Shown here: positions 56,875 through 64,000 of the stretch, piece by piece
Layout: every line of letters begins with the position of its first letter
Numbering within the stretch: position 1 is the stretch's first letter
Assembly (NCBI GenBank): GCA_017540355.1
Contig: JAFYBE010000091.1
Span: forward strand, 274-64,273
Length of the DNA stretch: 64,000 nucleotides
Origin: Lachnospiraceae bacterium
GTDB lineage: Bacteria; Bacillota; Clostridia; Lachnospirales; Lachnospiraceae
Direction: 5' to 3'
Notes under the pieces: generated by a model
The model's database searches: none
What the model saw: the letters and a program-made list of their open reading frames with translations, nothing else
What the model was told of the DNA's origin: nothing
Position numbers and translations under genes: made by a program

Positions 56875-57225
56875 ATGAACAACGAGATTATTAAGGAAAT
56901 CGAAGCTGCCGAACTCAAGGCAGAGGTACCTGAGTTTAACGTAGGTGATACCGTTAAGGTTCACAACAAGATCAAAGAGGGTAACAAAGAGCGTATCCAG
57001 ATTTTTGAGGGTACTGTAATTAAGAGACAGGGCGGAAGCAACCGTGAGACATTCACCGTACGTAAGAACAGTAACGGTGTAGGCGTTGAGAAGACATGGC
57101 CTTTACACAGCCCCAACGTTGAGAAGATCGAAGTGGTACGTAAGGGTAAAGTAAGACGTGCTAAGCTCTTCTACTTAAGAGACAGAGTAGGTAAGGCTGC
57201 TAAGGTCAAGGAAGTAATCAAGTAA
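56875..57225 (+). CDS. rplS: 50S ribosomal protein L19
   Basis: [38 protein letters not shown]. Confidence 0.98.
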   Translation: MNNEIIKEIEAAELKAEVPEFNVGDTVKVHNKIKEGNKERIQIFEGTVIKRQGGSNRETFTVRKNSNGVGVEKTWPLHSPNVEKIEVVRKGKVRRAKLFYLRDRVGKAAKVKEVIK

Positions 57226-57245
57226 TTAAAATAAACGAAGATAAG

Positions 57246-57276
57246 ATAGGCGATGCGCTTCCTACGCATCGCCTAT
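57246..57276 (+). terminator. Hairpin after rplS (probable terminator)
   Basis: ATAGGCGATGCG-CTTCCTA-CGCATCGCCTAT; weak T tail. Confidence 0.55.
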
Positions 57277-57294
57277 TGTGATATTATATGTATT

Positions 57295-57894
57295 ATGAGC
57301 AGACGTAACTCACAGGGATTGAACTTCCGTAAAAAGAGGTTCAAGATCGAAAGCGAGAATCTGAGAGAAGCAACAAGTTATTTGTTTGGTATAGTGGCAG
57401 CAATCGGACTGGCACTTTTTGTGGTATTTAACTGGGGACACAGGACAAGCGTTATCGGCTCCAGTATGGAGAATACGTTATATAACGGTCAGACTATATA
57501 TATCAGTCGCTTTACCTATCTGCTTTCAAAGCCCAGAAGTGGTGATATAGTTGTTTTCCTGCCCAACGGCAACGAACATACTCACTACTATGTAAAAAGA
57601 GTTGTGGGTGTGCCGGGAGATACGGTACAGATTATAGGCGGCAAGCTTTATATCAACGAGGAACCGGAACAGACTGACGGATATGACCTTATAGAAGATC
57701 CGGGCGTTGCGGAGAATCCGATAGAGCTTCAGACGGATGAATACTTCGTTCTCGGAGATAACCGTAATAGCGGAGAAGATTCAAGATCGGGCAACATAGG
57801 CCCCGTGGACAGATCATTAATAGAGGGCAGAGCGTGGTTTAAGCTGTCGATGGATGAATCGAAGTTCGGGTTCATAAAAAGAGGAGAGAAGTGA
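57295..57894 (+). CDS. lepB: Signal peptidase I
   Basis: GSSMENTL, DIVVF, YVKRVVGVPGD, FVLGDNRNSGEDSR. Confidence 0.92.
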   Translation: MSRRNSQGLNFRKKRFKIESENLREATSYLFGIVAAIGLALFVVFNWGHRTSVIGSSMENTLYNGQTIYISRFTYLLSKPRSGDIVVFLPNGNEHTHYYVKRVVGVPGDTVQIIGGKLYINEEPEQTDGYDLIEDPGVAENPIELQTDEYFVLGDNRNSGEDSRSGNIGPVDRSLIEGRAWFKLSMDESKFGFIKRGEK

Positions 57895-58745
57895 TGAATT
57901 ATCAGTGGTATCCGGGACATATGACCAAGGCAAAACGCCAGATGTCCGAGGATATTAAGCTTATAGATCTGATCATCGAGATAACGGATGCAAGGGTGGC
58001 GATAAGCAGCCGTAATCCGGACATAGATGAACTGGGAAAAGGCAAGGCGAGACTTGTTCTGCTTAACAAATCGGATCTTGCGGATCCCGAAGTCAATAAA
58101 AAATGGGCCGAGTACTATAAGAGCAAAGGCATATATGCTCTTGAGGTAAACAGTAAGTCGGGAGCGGGACTTAAGGCCATACAGGCTACGGTTAACGAAG
58201 CGTGCAAAGAAAAGATAGAAAGGGACAGAAAAAGGGGTATTAAGAACCGTCCGATAAGAGCGATGGTTGTCGGGATACCGAATGTAGGCAAGTCTACTTT
58301 TATCAACAGTTTTGCGGGAAAGGCCGTGGCGAAAACAGGCAATAAGCCGGGTGTCACCAAAGGAAAGCAGTGGATCAAGATGAGCAAGTCGCTTGAACTG
58401 TTGGATACCCCCGGAATCCTGTGGCCTAAGTTTGAAGATAACGCAACGGGAATGAAGCTTGCATTCATAGGCTCCATCAACGATGAGATAATCGTGACGG
58501 AAGAGATGGCGTTAGACTTTGTTAAGTATATAGACAGACTTTATCCCGAAGCCGTTATAAGGCATTATGAACTTGCGCCGGATACCCCGACCGATCACCG
58601 TATACTTGAAGAGATAGGTAAAAAAAGGGGCTGTCTTATGTCGGGCGGAGAGACGGACATAGTCAAGGCTGCAAGGATATTAATGGATGATTACAGGGCA
58701 GGCAGATTGGGACGTATGTCTTTGGAAAGTCCGGAAATGTTATAG
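57891..58745 (+). CDS. rbgA: Ribosome biogenesis GTPase RbgA/YlqF
   Basis: WYPGHM, DAR..SSRNP, NKSDL, GIPNVGKS, PGVT, DTPGILWP. Confidence 0.96.
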   Translation: MMNYQWYPGHMTKAKRQMSEDIKLIDLIIEITDARVAISSRNPDIDELGKGKARLVLLNKSDLADPEVNKKWAEYYKSKGIYALEVNSKSGAGLKAIQATVNEACKEKIERDRKRGIKNRPIRAMVVGIPNVGKSTFINSFAGKAVAKTGNKPGVTKGKQWIKMSKSLELLDTPGILWPKFEDNATGMKLAFIGSINDEIIVTEEMALDFVKYIDRLYPEAVIRHYELAPDTPTDHRILEEIGKKRGCLMSGGETDIVKAARILMDDYRAGRLGRMSLESPEML

Positions 58746-58750
58746 AGAAG

Positions 58751-59329
58751 GTGACTGAAATGGGAAAGAATTCAAAAAGCAATGAAACATTGAAAAAGGG
58801 AGGAGTATTAAGGGAGATACTCGGAACAAGCGTGTATATACTTACCGTTTTGCTTGTGGCATATATCATAGTTCATTATGTCGGACAGCGTACGGAAGTT
58901 ATAGGCGAGAGTATGGAGTACACCCTCATGGACGGAGACAATCTGCTGGTGGACAAGCTAAGCTACAGGTTTAACAATCCTGAACGTTTTGATATTGTTG
59001 TGTTCCCTTACAGATATGACAAGCATACATATTATATTAAGCGTGTGATAGGTCTTCCGGGTGAGACGGTACAGATTAATGAGGACGGAGAGATATTCAT
59101 TAACGGAGAGAAGCTTGAAGAGTACTACGGAAGAGAAGTCATCAAGAATCCGGAAAGAGCCATAGATCCTATTCTGCTTGGAGAAGATGAGTACTTTGTG
59201 CTTGGTGACAATCGCAATAATTCAAGAGACAGCCGATGGGAGGATGTCGGCAATATCAAGAAGAGCGAGCTGACCGGAAAGGTTTGGATAAGGATATATC
59301 CTTTCAGGGAATTTGGTAAGGTGGAATGA
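58751..59329 (+). CDS. lepB: Signal peptidase I (second paralogue)
   Basis: GESMEYTL, YIKRVIGLPGE, VLGDNRNNSRDSR. Confidence 0.92.
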   Translation: MTEMGKNSKSNETLKKGGVLREILGTSVYILTVLLVAYIIVHYVGQRTEVIGESMEYTLMDGDNLLVDKLSYRFNNPERFDIVVFPYRYDKHTYYIKRVIGLPGETVQINEDGEIFINGEKLEEYYGREVIKNPERAIDPILLGEDEYFVLGDNRNNSRDSRWEDVGNIKKSELTGKVWIRIYPFREFGKVE

Positions 59330-60003
59330 CAAAAAGCGAAGAAAAGGCACTTTTAAGAGCACAGAAGGCTGAAGAAAAGTTAAGACTTGAAAGAGAACGA
59401 ATCGAAGGCCTTAAGGTATATGAAAAAGAGTATGAAAAATACGGTCTTATATGCGGAATAGACGAGGTCGGAAGAGGACCTTTGGCGGGTCCCGTTGTGG
59501 CGGGTGCCGTAATACTCCCCAAGGACTGTGACATTCTCTATATCAATGATTCCAAGAAGCTTTCCGCTAAAAAGCGGGAAGAACTCTATGATGTGATTAT
59601 GGAAAAAGCCGTAGCGGCTGCGGTCGGATATGCCTCGCCGGAGAGGATTGATGAGATCAATATTCTTCAGGCGACATATGAAGCAATGCGCCAGGCTATC
59701 AACAATCTGTCACAAAAACCCGATATATTATTAAATGATGCGGTTACAATCCCGCAGGTAGATATAAAGCAGGTACCGATAATTAAAGGAGATGCCAAAA
59801 GCATATCCATAGGTGCGGCGAGCATAATAGCCAAGGTTGTAAGAGACAGACTTATGGTTAAGTATGAAGAGGTGTTTCCCGGTTACGGATTTGCATCCAA
59901 CAAGGGATACGGTTCGGCGGCGCATATCGCGGCACTTAGAGAACTCGGCCCCTGTCCGATACACAGAGCAAGCTTTATCGGCGGTCTTCTTGAAAGGAAA
60001 TAA
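59326..60003 (+). CDS. rnhB: Ribonuclease HII
   Basis: GIDEVGRGPLAGPV, DSKKL, KGDAKS, AASIIAKV, NKGYG, PIHR. Confidence 0.96.
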   Translation: MTKSEEKALLRAQKAEEKLRLERERIEGLKVYEKEYEKYGLICGIDEVGRGPLAGPVVAGAVILPKDCDILYINDSKKLSAKKREELYDVIMEKAVAAAVGYASPERIDEINILQATYEAMRQAINNLSQKPDILLNDAVTIPQVDIKQVPIIKGDAKSISIGAASIIAKVVRDRLMVKYEEVFPGYGFASNKGYGSAAHIAALRELGPCPIHRASFIGGLLERK

Positions 60004-60013
60004 AGGCTGACAG

Positions 60014-61708
60014 ATGGCGATTAATCTACTGAACAATCCCATAGGAAATCTTCAAAACGGCGCGGGAACTGCACAGACCGGAAGCGCCGGCGGTCCTTCT
60101 GCGCTCATGCGCCAGGCGGCTGCGGCAATCCTTAAGGAAGTCGGCGGCCTTAGTGCAGGCGATACCATTAAGGGACAGCTTGTGAGTAAGGACGGCAATA
60201 CCATAGAACTGCTTTTGGGTGACAATGCCAGACTCACAACCATGCTTGAGCAGGATATGAATCTGTCATTGGGACAGCTTATGTCCTTTGAAGTTAAGAG
60301 TAATCAGGGCGGACAGCTTACTTTGCGTCCGCTTTTTGCGAATATGAGCAATTCCACGACCATAATGAGTGCGCTGGATGCTGCGGGCATAGCGGCAAGC
60401 GATTCGGCTGTTGAGATGGTAGATACTTTGATGCAGAACGGAATGCCCGTCAATAAGGAGATGCTTCATACCATCAACCGTGAACTGTCGATGTATCCGG
60501 ATGCGGATGTCAAAGACATAGTGATGCTTCACAAGATGGACATTCCGGTCAATGAAGGCAATGTAAGACAGATGCATCTGTACAATAACAATAATCAGTG
60601 GATGATGGAAAATGTTTCCGATTCTGCAGAGCAGCTTACGGACATGTTAAAGGACGTAATCGGTAAAGGCGGAGAACAGGCACAGAATATCCTTGATGGA
60701 CTTAAACAGATGTTGCCTCCTGCGGATGAGAGCGCCGAAGTTATAAGTACATCACAGAATGCGGAGAATGTCATACAAACCGGCGTTGCTGAAGATGGAA
60801 TTGCCGCCGCGGGTGACAAAATGACACAAGTGTCGGAAAACGGCAAAGAAGCGACCGCAGTTATGAGTAATGCGGAAGGTATTCTTCCTGATGCAAAGAA
60901 CACGTCGGTGAATGCCGATGCGCAAAAGGCAGAGAATGGTCAAATCACTAAAGATGCGGTGCCCGGCAAAGAAAGCGCGGTAAATAACAGAGAGCAGGAA
61001 GGCCCTGTTATCAATAAATTCAATGTGTTTGACAAACTTAATGAACTGGATGCAAAAGAATTAAGCAGACCGGAGATAAAGGCACAGATAAAGAATGCCG
61101 TTACGGAACTTTTAAAAGACAATTTCCTTATGAATCCCAAGGACATAGGGGAAGAGAAGTTTGTGAGCAAATATTACGAGCGGACGGCAAATCTTGCCGA
61201 AGGCATTGAGAGACTCATGGCAGAGAACGGTAAAGCCGATACCGATTTTGCCAGATCCATGACGGGTATGAGAGAGAATACCACGTTCATGAATCATATC
61301 AATGACATGTATAACTATGTGCAGCTTCCGCTTAAGATGAATGAGGCACAGGCTAACGGCGACCTCTATGTTTATGCCCGTAAAAAGGGACGAAACAGCG
61401 GAGCGGAAGACGGCAAGCTGACGGCGCTTTTGCATCTGTCGATGGAGCATCTCGGGAATATGGACATATTCCTTACTCTGTCCGAAGGACAGAAGCTTAA
61501 TACGAAGTTCACTCTTGAAAAAGAGGAGATGATAGATTTCATAGCCTCGCATATAGATGAACTCAATGCGAAGCTGCAAAAGAAAGGTTATAATGTTGCG
61601 ACTGCGGTTACGCATAAGGATGAGCCCGATAAGACTGTAATTGAGAATATCACGGGAGATAAGAACAATATTCTTTTAAGCACGCAGTCTTTTGATGCAA
61701 GAGCGTAA
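60014..61708 (+). CDS. Flagellar hook-length control protein FliK-like
   Basis: Low-complexity middle; C-terminal YVQLPL..GDLYV..ALLHLSMEHLG domain; usual clostridial position between rnhB and yraN. Confidence 0.7.
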   Translation: MAINLLNNPIGNLQNGAGTAQTGSAGGPSALMRQAAAAILKEVGGLSAGDTIKGQLVSKDGNTIELLLGDNARLTTMLEQDMNLSLGQLMSFEVKSNQGGQLTLRPLFANMSNSTTIMSALDAAGIAASDSAVEMVDTLMQNGMPVNKEMLHTINRELSMYPDADVKDIVMLHKMDIPVNEGNVRQMHLYNNNNQWMMENVSDSAEQLTDMLKDVIGKGGEQAQNILDGLKQMLPPADESAEVISTSQNAENVIQTGVAEDGIAAAGDKMTQVSENGKEATAVMSNAEGILPDAKNTSVNADAQKAENGQITKDAVPGKESAVNNREQEGPVINKFNVFDKLNELDAKELSRPEIKAQIKNAVTELLKDNFLMNPKDIGEEKFVSKYYERTANLAEGIERLMAENGKADTDFARSMTGMRENTTFMNHINDMYNYVQLPLKMNEAQANGDLYVYARKKGRNSGAEDGKLTALLHLSMEHLGNMDIFLTLSEGQKLNTKFTLEKEEMIDFIASHIDELNAKLQKKGYNVATAVTHKDEPDKTVIENITGDKNNILLSTQSFDARA

Positions 61709-61746
61709 GGCATAAAATCTATAAGGGGATGTATACGGGGGATGTC

Positions 61747-62130
61747 ATGAATACAAGAAATATAGGATCGTACTATGAGGATGCCGTTACGGCATATCTT
61801 TTAAACGAAGGTGTTAAGATACTTAACAGGAATGTCAGATGCGGGAGAATAGGTGAGATAGACATCATCGGTCTTGAAGAGGCGTCCGGCATGAATACGG
61901 AGATGCTGAGGGATTCTGAGGCTGCTCAGACCCTCATATTTTTTGAAGTAAAGTACAGAAAGGATCGTTCTCACGGTTATCCGGCAGAAGCGGTTGATGA
62001 AAAAAAGCAGAACAGGATAAGAAAATGTGCGGAATATTATCTGGCATATAAAAAGATTAATGCCTATATAAGATTTGATGTTATTGCGGTTGAAGGGGAA
62101 GAGATTAATTGGTATAAGAATGCGTTTTAA
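61747..62130 (+). CDS. YraN family (UPF0102) nuclease-like protein
   Basis: G..YE..V..YL, GEIDII, FFEVKYR, PAEAV..KKQ, RFDVI. Confidence 0.88.
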   Translation: MNTRNIGSYYEDAVTAYLLNEGVKILNRNVRCGRIGEIDIIGLEEASGMNTEMLRDSEAAQTLIFFEVKYRKDRSHGYPAEAVDEKKQNRIRKCAEYYLAYKKINAYIRFDVIAVEGEEINWYKNAF

Positions 62131-62216
62131 GTGACTTAAGAAATCCTTAATTATTTAACCGACTTTTTCATTAGATTTATGTGATTTAATTGTTAATGTA
62201 GAGAAAGGATTAGTCT

Positions 62217-62912
62217 ATGACAAAGATTCTTGTGTGTGATGATGAAAAGGAAATAGTGGATGCGATAGAGATCTATCTTGAGCAGGAAGGCTACACCGTT
62301 ATCAAGGCCTATGACGGTGAGGAGGCAATAAGCAAGCTGCGTGATAATACCGATGTGCAACTTCTTATAATAGACATTATGATGCCTAAGCTTGACGGAA
62401 TACATGCCTGCAAGAAGATAAGAGAATACAGCAGCATTCCGATTATTTTCCTGACAGCAAAGTCTGAGGATGCCGATAAGATCTTGGGTCTTAATATCGG
62501 AGCCGACGATTATGTCACAAAGCCTTTTAACCCCCTTGAACTTGTTGCAAGAGTAAAGTCCAACTTAAGACGCTATACAAAACTCGGAAGTGTGGCCGGA
62601 GATGACGCAAATGTCGTTAAGGTCGGCGGACTGATAATCAATGATGAGAACAAGCAGGTAACGGTTGATGATGAAGAGGTAAAACTTACTCCCATCGAGT
62701 ACAATATACTTTTGCTTCTAACCAAGAACGCGGGAAAAGTATATTCCATAGATCAGATATATGAGAATATCTGGGGAGAGGAACCTCTCGGTGCTGACAA
62801 TACCGTGGCTGTGCATGTAAGACACATAAGAGAAAAGATTGAGATTAATCCTAAAGATCCCAAATACCTTAAAGTGGTATGGGGCGTCGGCTACAAGGTT
62901 GAAAAGCAGTAG
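62217..62912 (+). CDS. OmpR-family response regulator
   Basis: VCDDE, DIMMP, LTAK, GADDYVTKPF, LTPIEY, VHVRHIREK, VWGVGYK. Confidence 0.95.
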   Translation: MTKILVCDDEKEIVDAIEIYLEQEGYTVIKAYDGEEAISKLRDNTDVQLLIIDIMMPKLDGIHACKKIREYSSIPIIFLTAKSEDADKILGLNIGADDYVTKPFNPLELVARVKSNLRRYTKLGSVAGDDANVVKVGGLIINDENKQVTVDDEEVKLTPIEYNILLLLTKNAGKVYSIDQIYENIWGEEPLGADNTVAVHVRHIREKIEINPKDPKYLKVVWGVGYKVEKQ

Positions 62913-62928
62913 CAGGGAGGAACCGGTG

Positions 62929-64000
62929 ATGAAGGTCAAAAACAAAAGTTATTCGGTGCTGCTTGTAATATTAAGCTGCCTGGTTGCACTTGTTGCAACC
63001 GTGTCTGCAGTGACGATATATCAGGCATCCACCGTGAACGTTATAACGGGGACGGACAGTGAACTGTCGGTTTTTGTGGGAGATATCGACAGAGGACACG
63101 TAAGTTTTGAGGACTCGAATCTCTTTTCCGTATTATTCAGTGAGGATTTTTCGGATATAACCAGGATGTGTGTTATCAAAAACCAGATGGAGACAGACGG
63201 CAGTTTTGATGCAGACAAAAAGATTAATATATCCTCATATGCCAACAGAAGCAGAACGATTTCGGGAGAGAATGTTTCGAATGATTCCGAGAACGACTCG
63301 GTGAAATACAGACTTGATGATCTTATAAAATGGGGAAATTACGGATTTGATTTTATTCCGGTAACAGGCACTCCGTCTCAGCTTGATGCATATATATATT
63401 CTTTGGTCAATAACGTGGATATGCCTACGGTTACGTCGCAGGATTCCGTTGTTCATTATGACAGAGAAGAATACTATGACGTTGTGTATCAGATGACGGA
63501 AGCGCTTAACAGTACCGATGATTCGAATACTTATACGATATATCTTTTGGTTGACAGATATAAGCCCGTAGCAGGAGGTAAGCTTACGGATTATGTGGCC
63601 AACAGAAAAGAATATACCGAACTTGTAAGCAATATCTGTTCGTCAGCAAATGATCTGTTTAATAACTATACCGAGTATATGGAATACGGTGACAAGTACG
63701 GTAACGGTAAGACAAACGTGCTTTACTGTTACCAGTTAAAGAATTCCGAAGGAAAACTTGTAAGATATTCCAATCTTTCACAGAACGTTAAAGGTTTAAG
63801 CAACGATGACCTCTCAAGGATATTTACGGGTCATGTAAAATACGCATGCTTTAATCCCGACAAACTTCAGACCGCATCGAATATAGAAAGCCTCAATTCC
63901 GTATTTATGAAAAACGTAATAAGCGGATATGAGTATTCGTTCGGAGACGGTTCGAGAGTATGGCTTGCAATAGATGAAAGTTACGGCGCGGATGATGTTT
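62929..64000 (+). CDS. Probable sensor histidine kinase, N-terminal part (runs off the window)
   Basis: GGGAGG RBS; MKVKNKSYSVLLVILSCLVALVATVSAV TM; frame appears open to the window end; follows the response regulator. The kinase domain is not visible. Confidence 0.65.
   Translation, partial: MKVKNKSYSVLLVILSCLVALVATVSAVTIYQASTVNVITGTDSELSVFVGDIDRGHVSFEDSNLFSVLFSEDFSDITRMCVIKNQMETDGSFDADKKINISSYANRSRTISGENVSNDSENDSVKYRLDDLIKWGNYGFDFIPVTGTPSQLDAYIYSLVNNVDMPTVTSQDSVVHYDREEYYDVVYQMTEALNSTDDSNTYTIYLLVDRYKPVAGGKLTDYVANRKEYTELVSNICSSANDLFNNYTEYMEYGDKYGNGKTNVLYCYQLKNSEGKLVRYSNLSQNVKGLSNDDLSRIFTGHVKYACFNPDKLQTASNIESLNSVFMKNVISGYEYSFGDGSRVWLAIDESYGADDV

Overview
64 kb of mostly core chromosome from a Clostridia-class Firmicute, most likely Lachnospiraceae (inferred from gene order and protein style). 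Nearly all genes are on the + strand. Housekeeping blocks: groEL 3' end; heterodimeric ABC exporter; apt-rel-MBL-hemZ; hisS-polA-coaE-ftsA-like-walJ-like; ACT/DUF711-pta; tmcAL; rpmF-tRNA-Gly(CCC)-proA-plsX-acpP-rnc-smc-ftsY; ilvA-sstT; larB-larC; ylxM-ffh-rpsP-khpA-rimM-trmD-rplS-lepB-rbgA-lepB-rnhB-fliK-yraN; and an OmpR-type two-component pair running off the end. Accessory inserts: an HD-GYP phosphodiesterase with an ECF S-component-like N-terminus, a degenerate GGDEF protein coupled to a 57-aa Cys/acidic protein missed by the ORF track, a putative five-gene envelope operon (membrane protein, double Zn-ribbon protein, barnase-like lipoprotein, barstar, clostripain-like protease), a hexuronate operon, a minimal divergent flagellin and a sigma28-driven orphan. 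The most striking non-coding signals are two diverged copies of one structured ~80-nt intergenic element (32614-32694 and 45917-46000) whose pairing is preserved despite substitutions, and a four-unit 50-bp hairpin array upstream of tRNA-Gly. All three share a hairpin-G(T/C)AG-hairpin architecture reminiscent of REP elements. No transposase, integrase, prophage, rRNA or CRISPR array was seen. All family assignments are by eye from motifs, not database searches.
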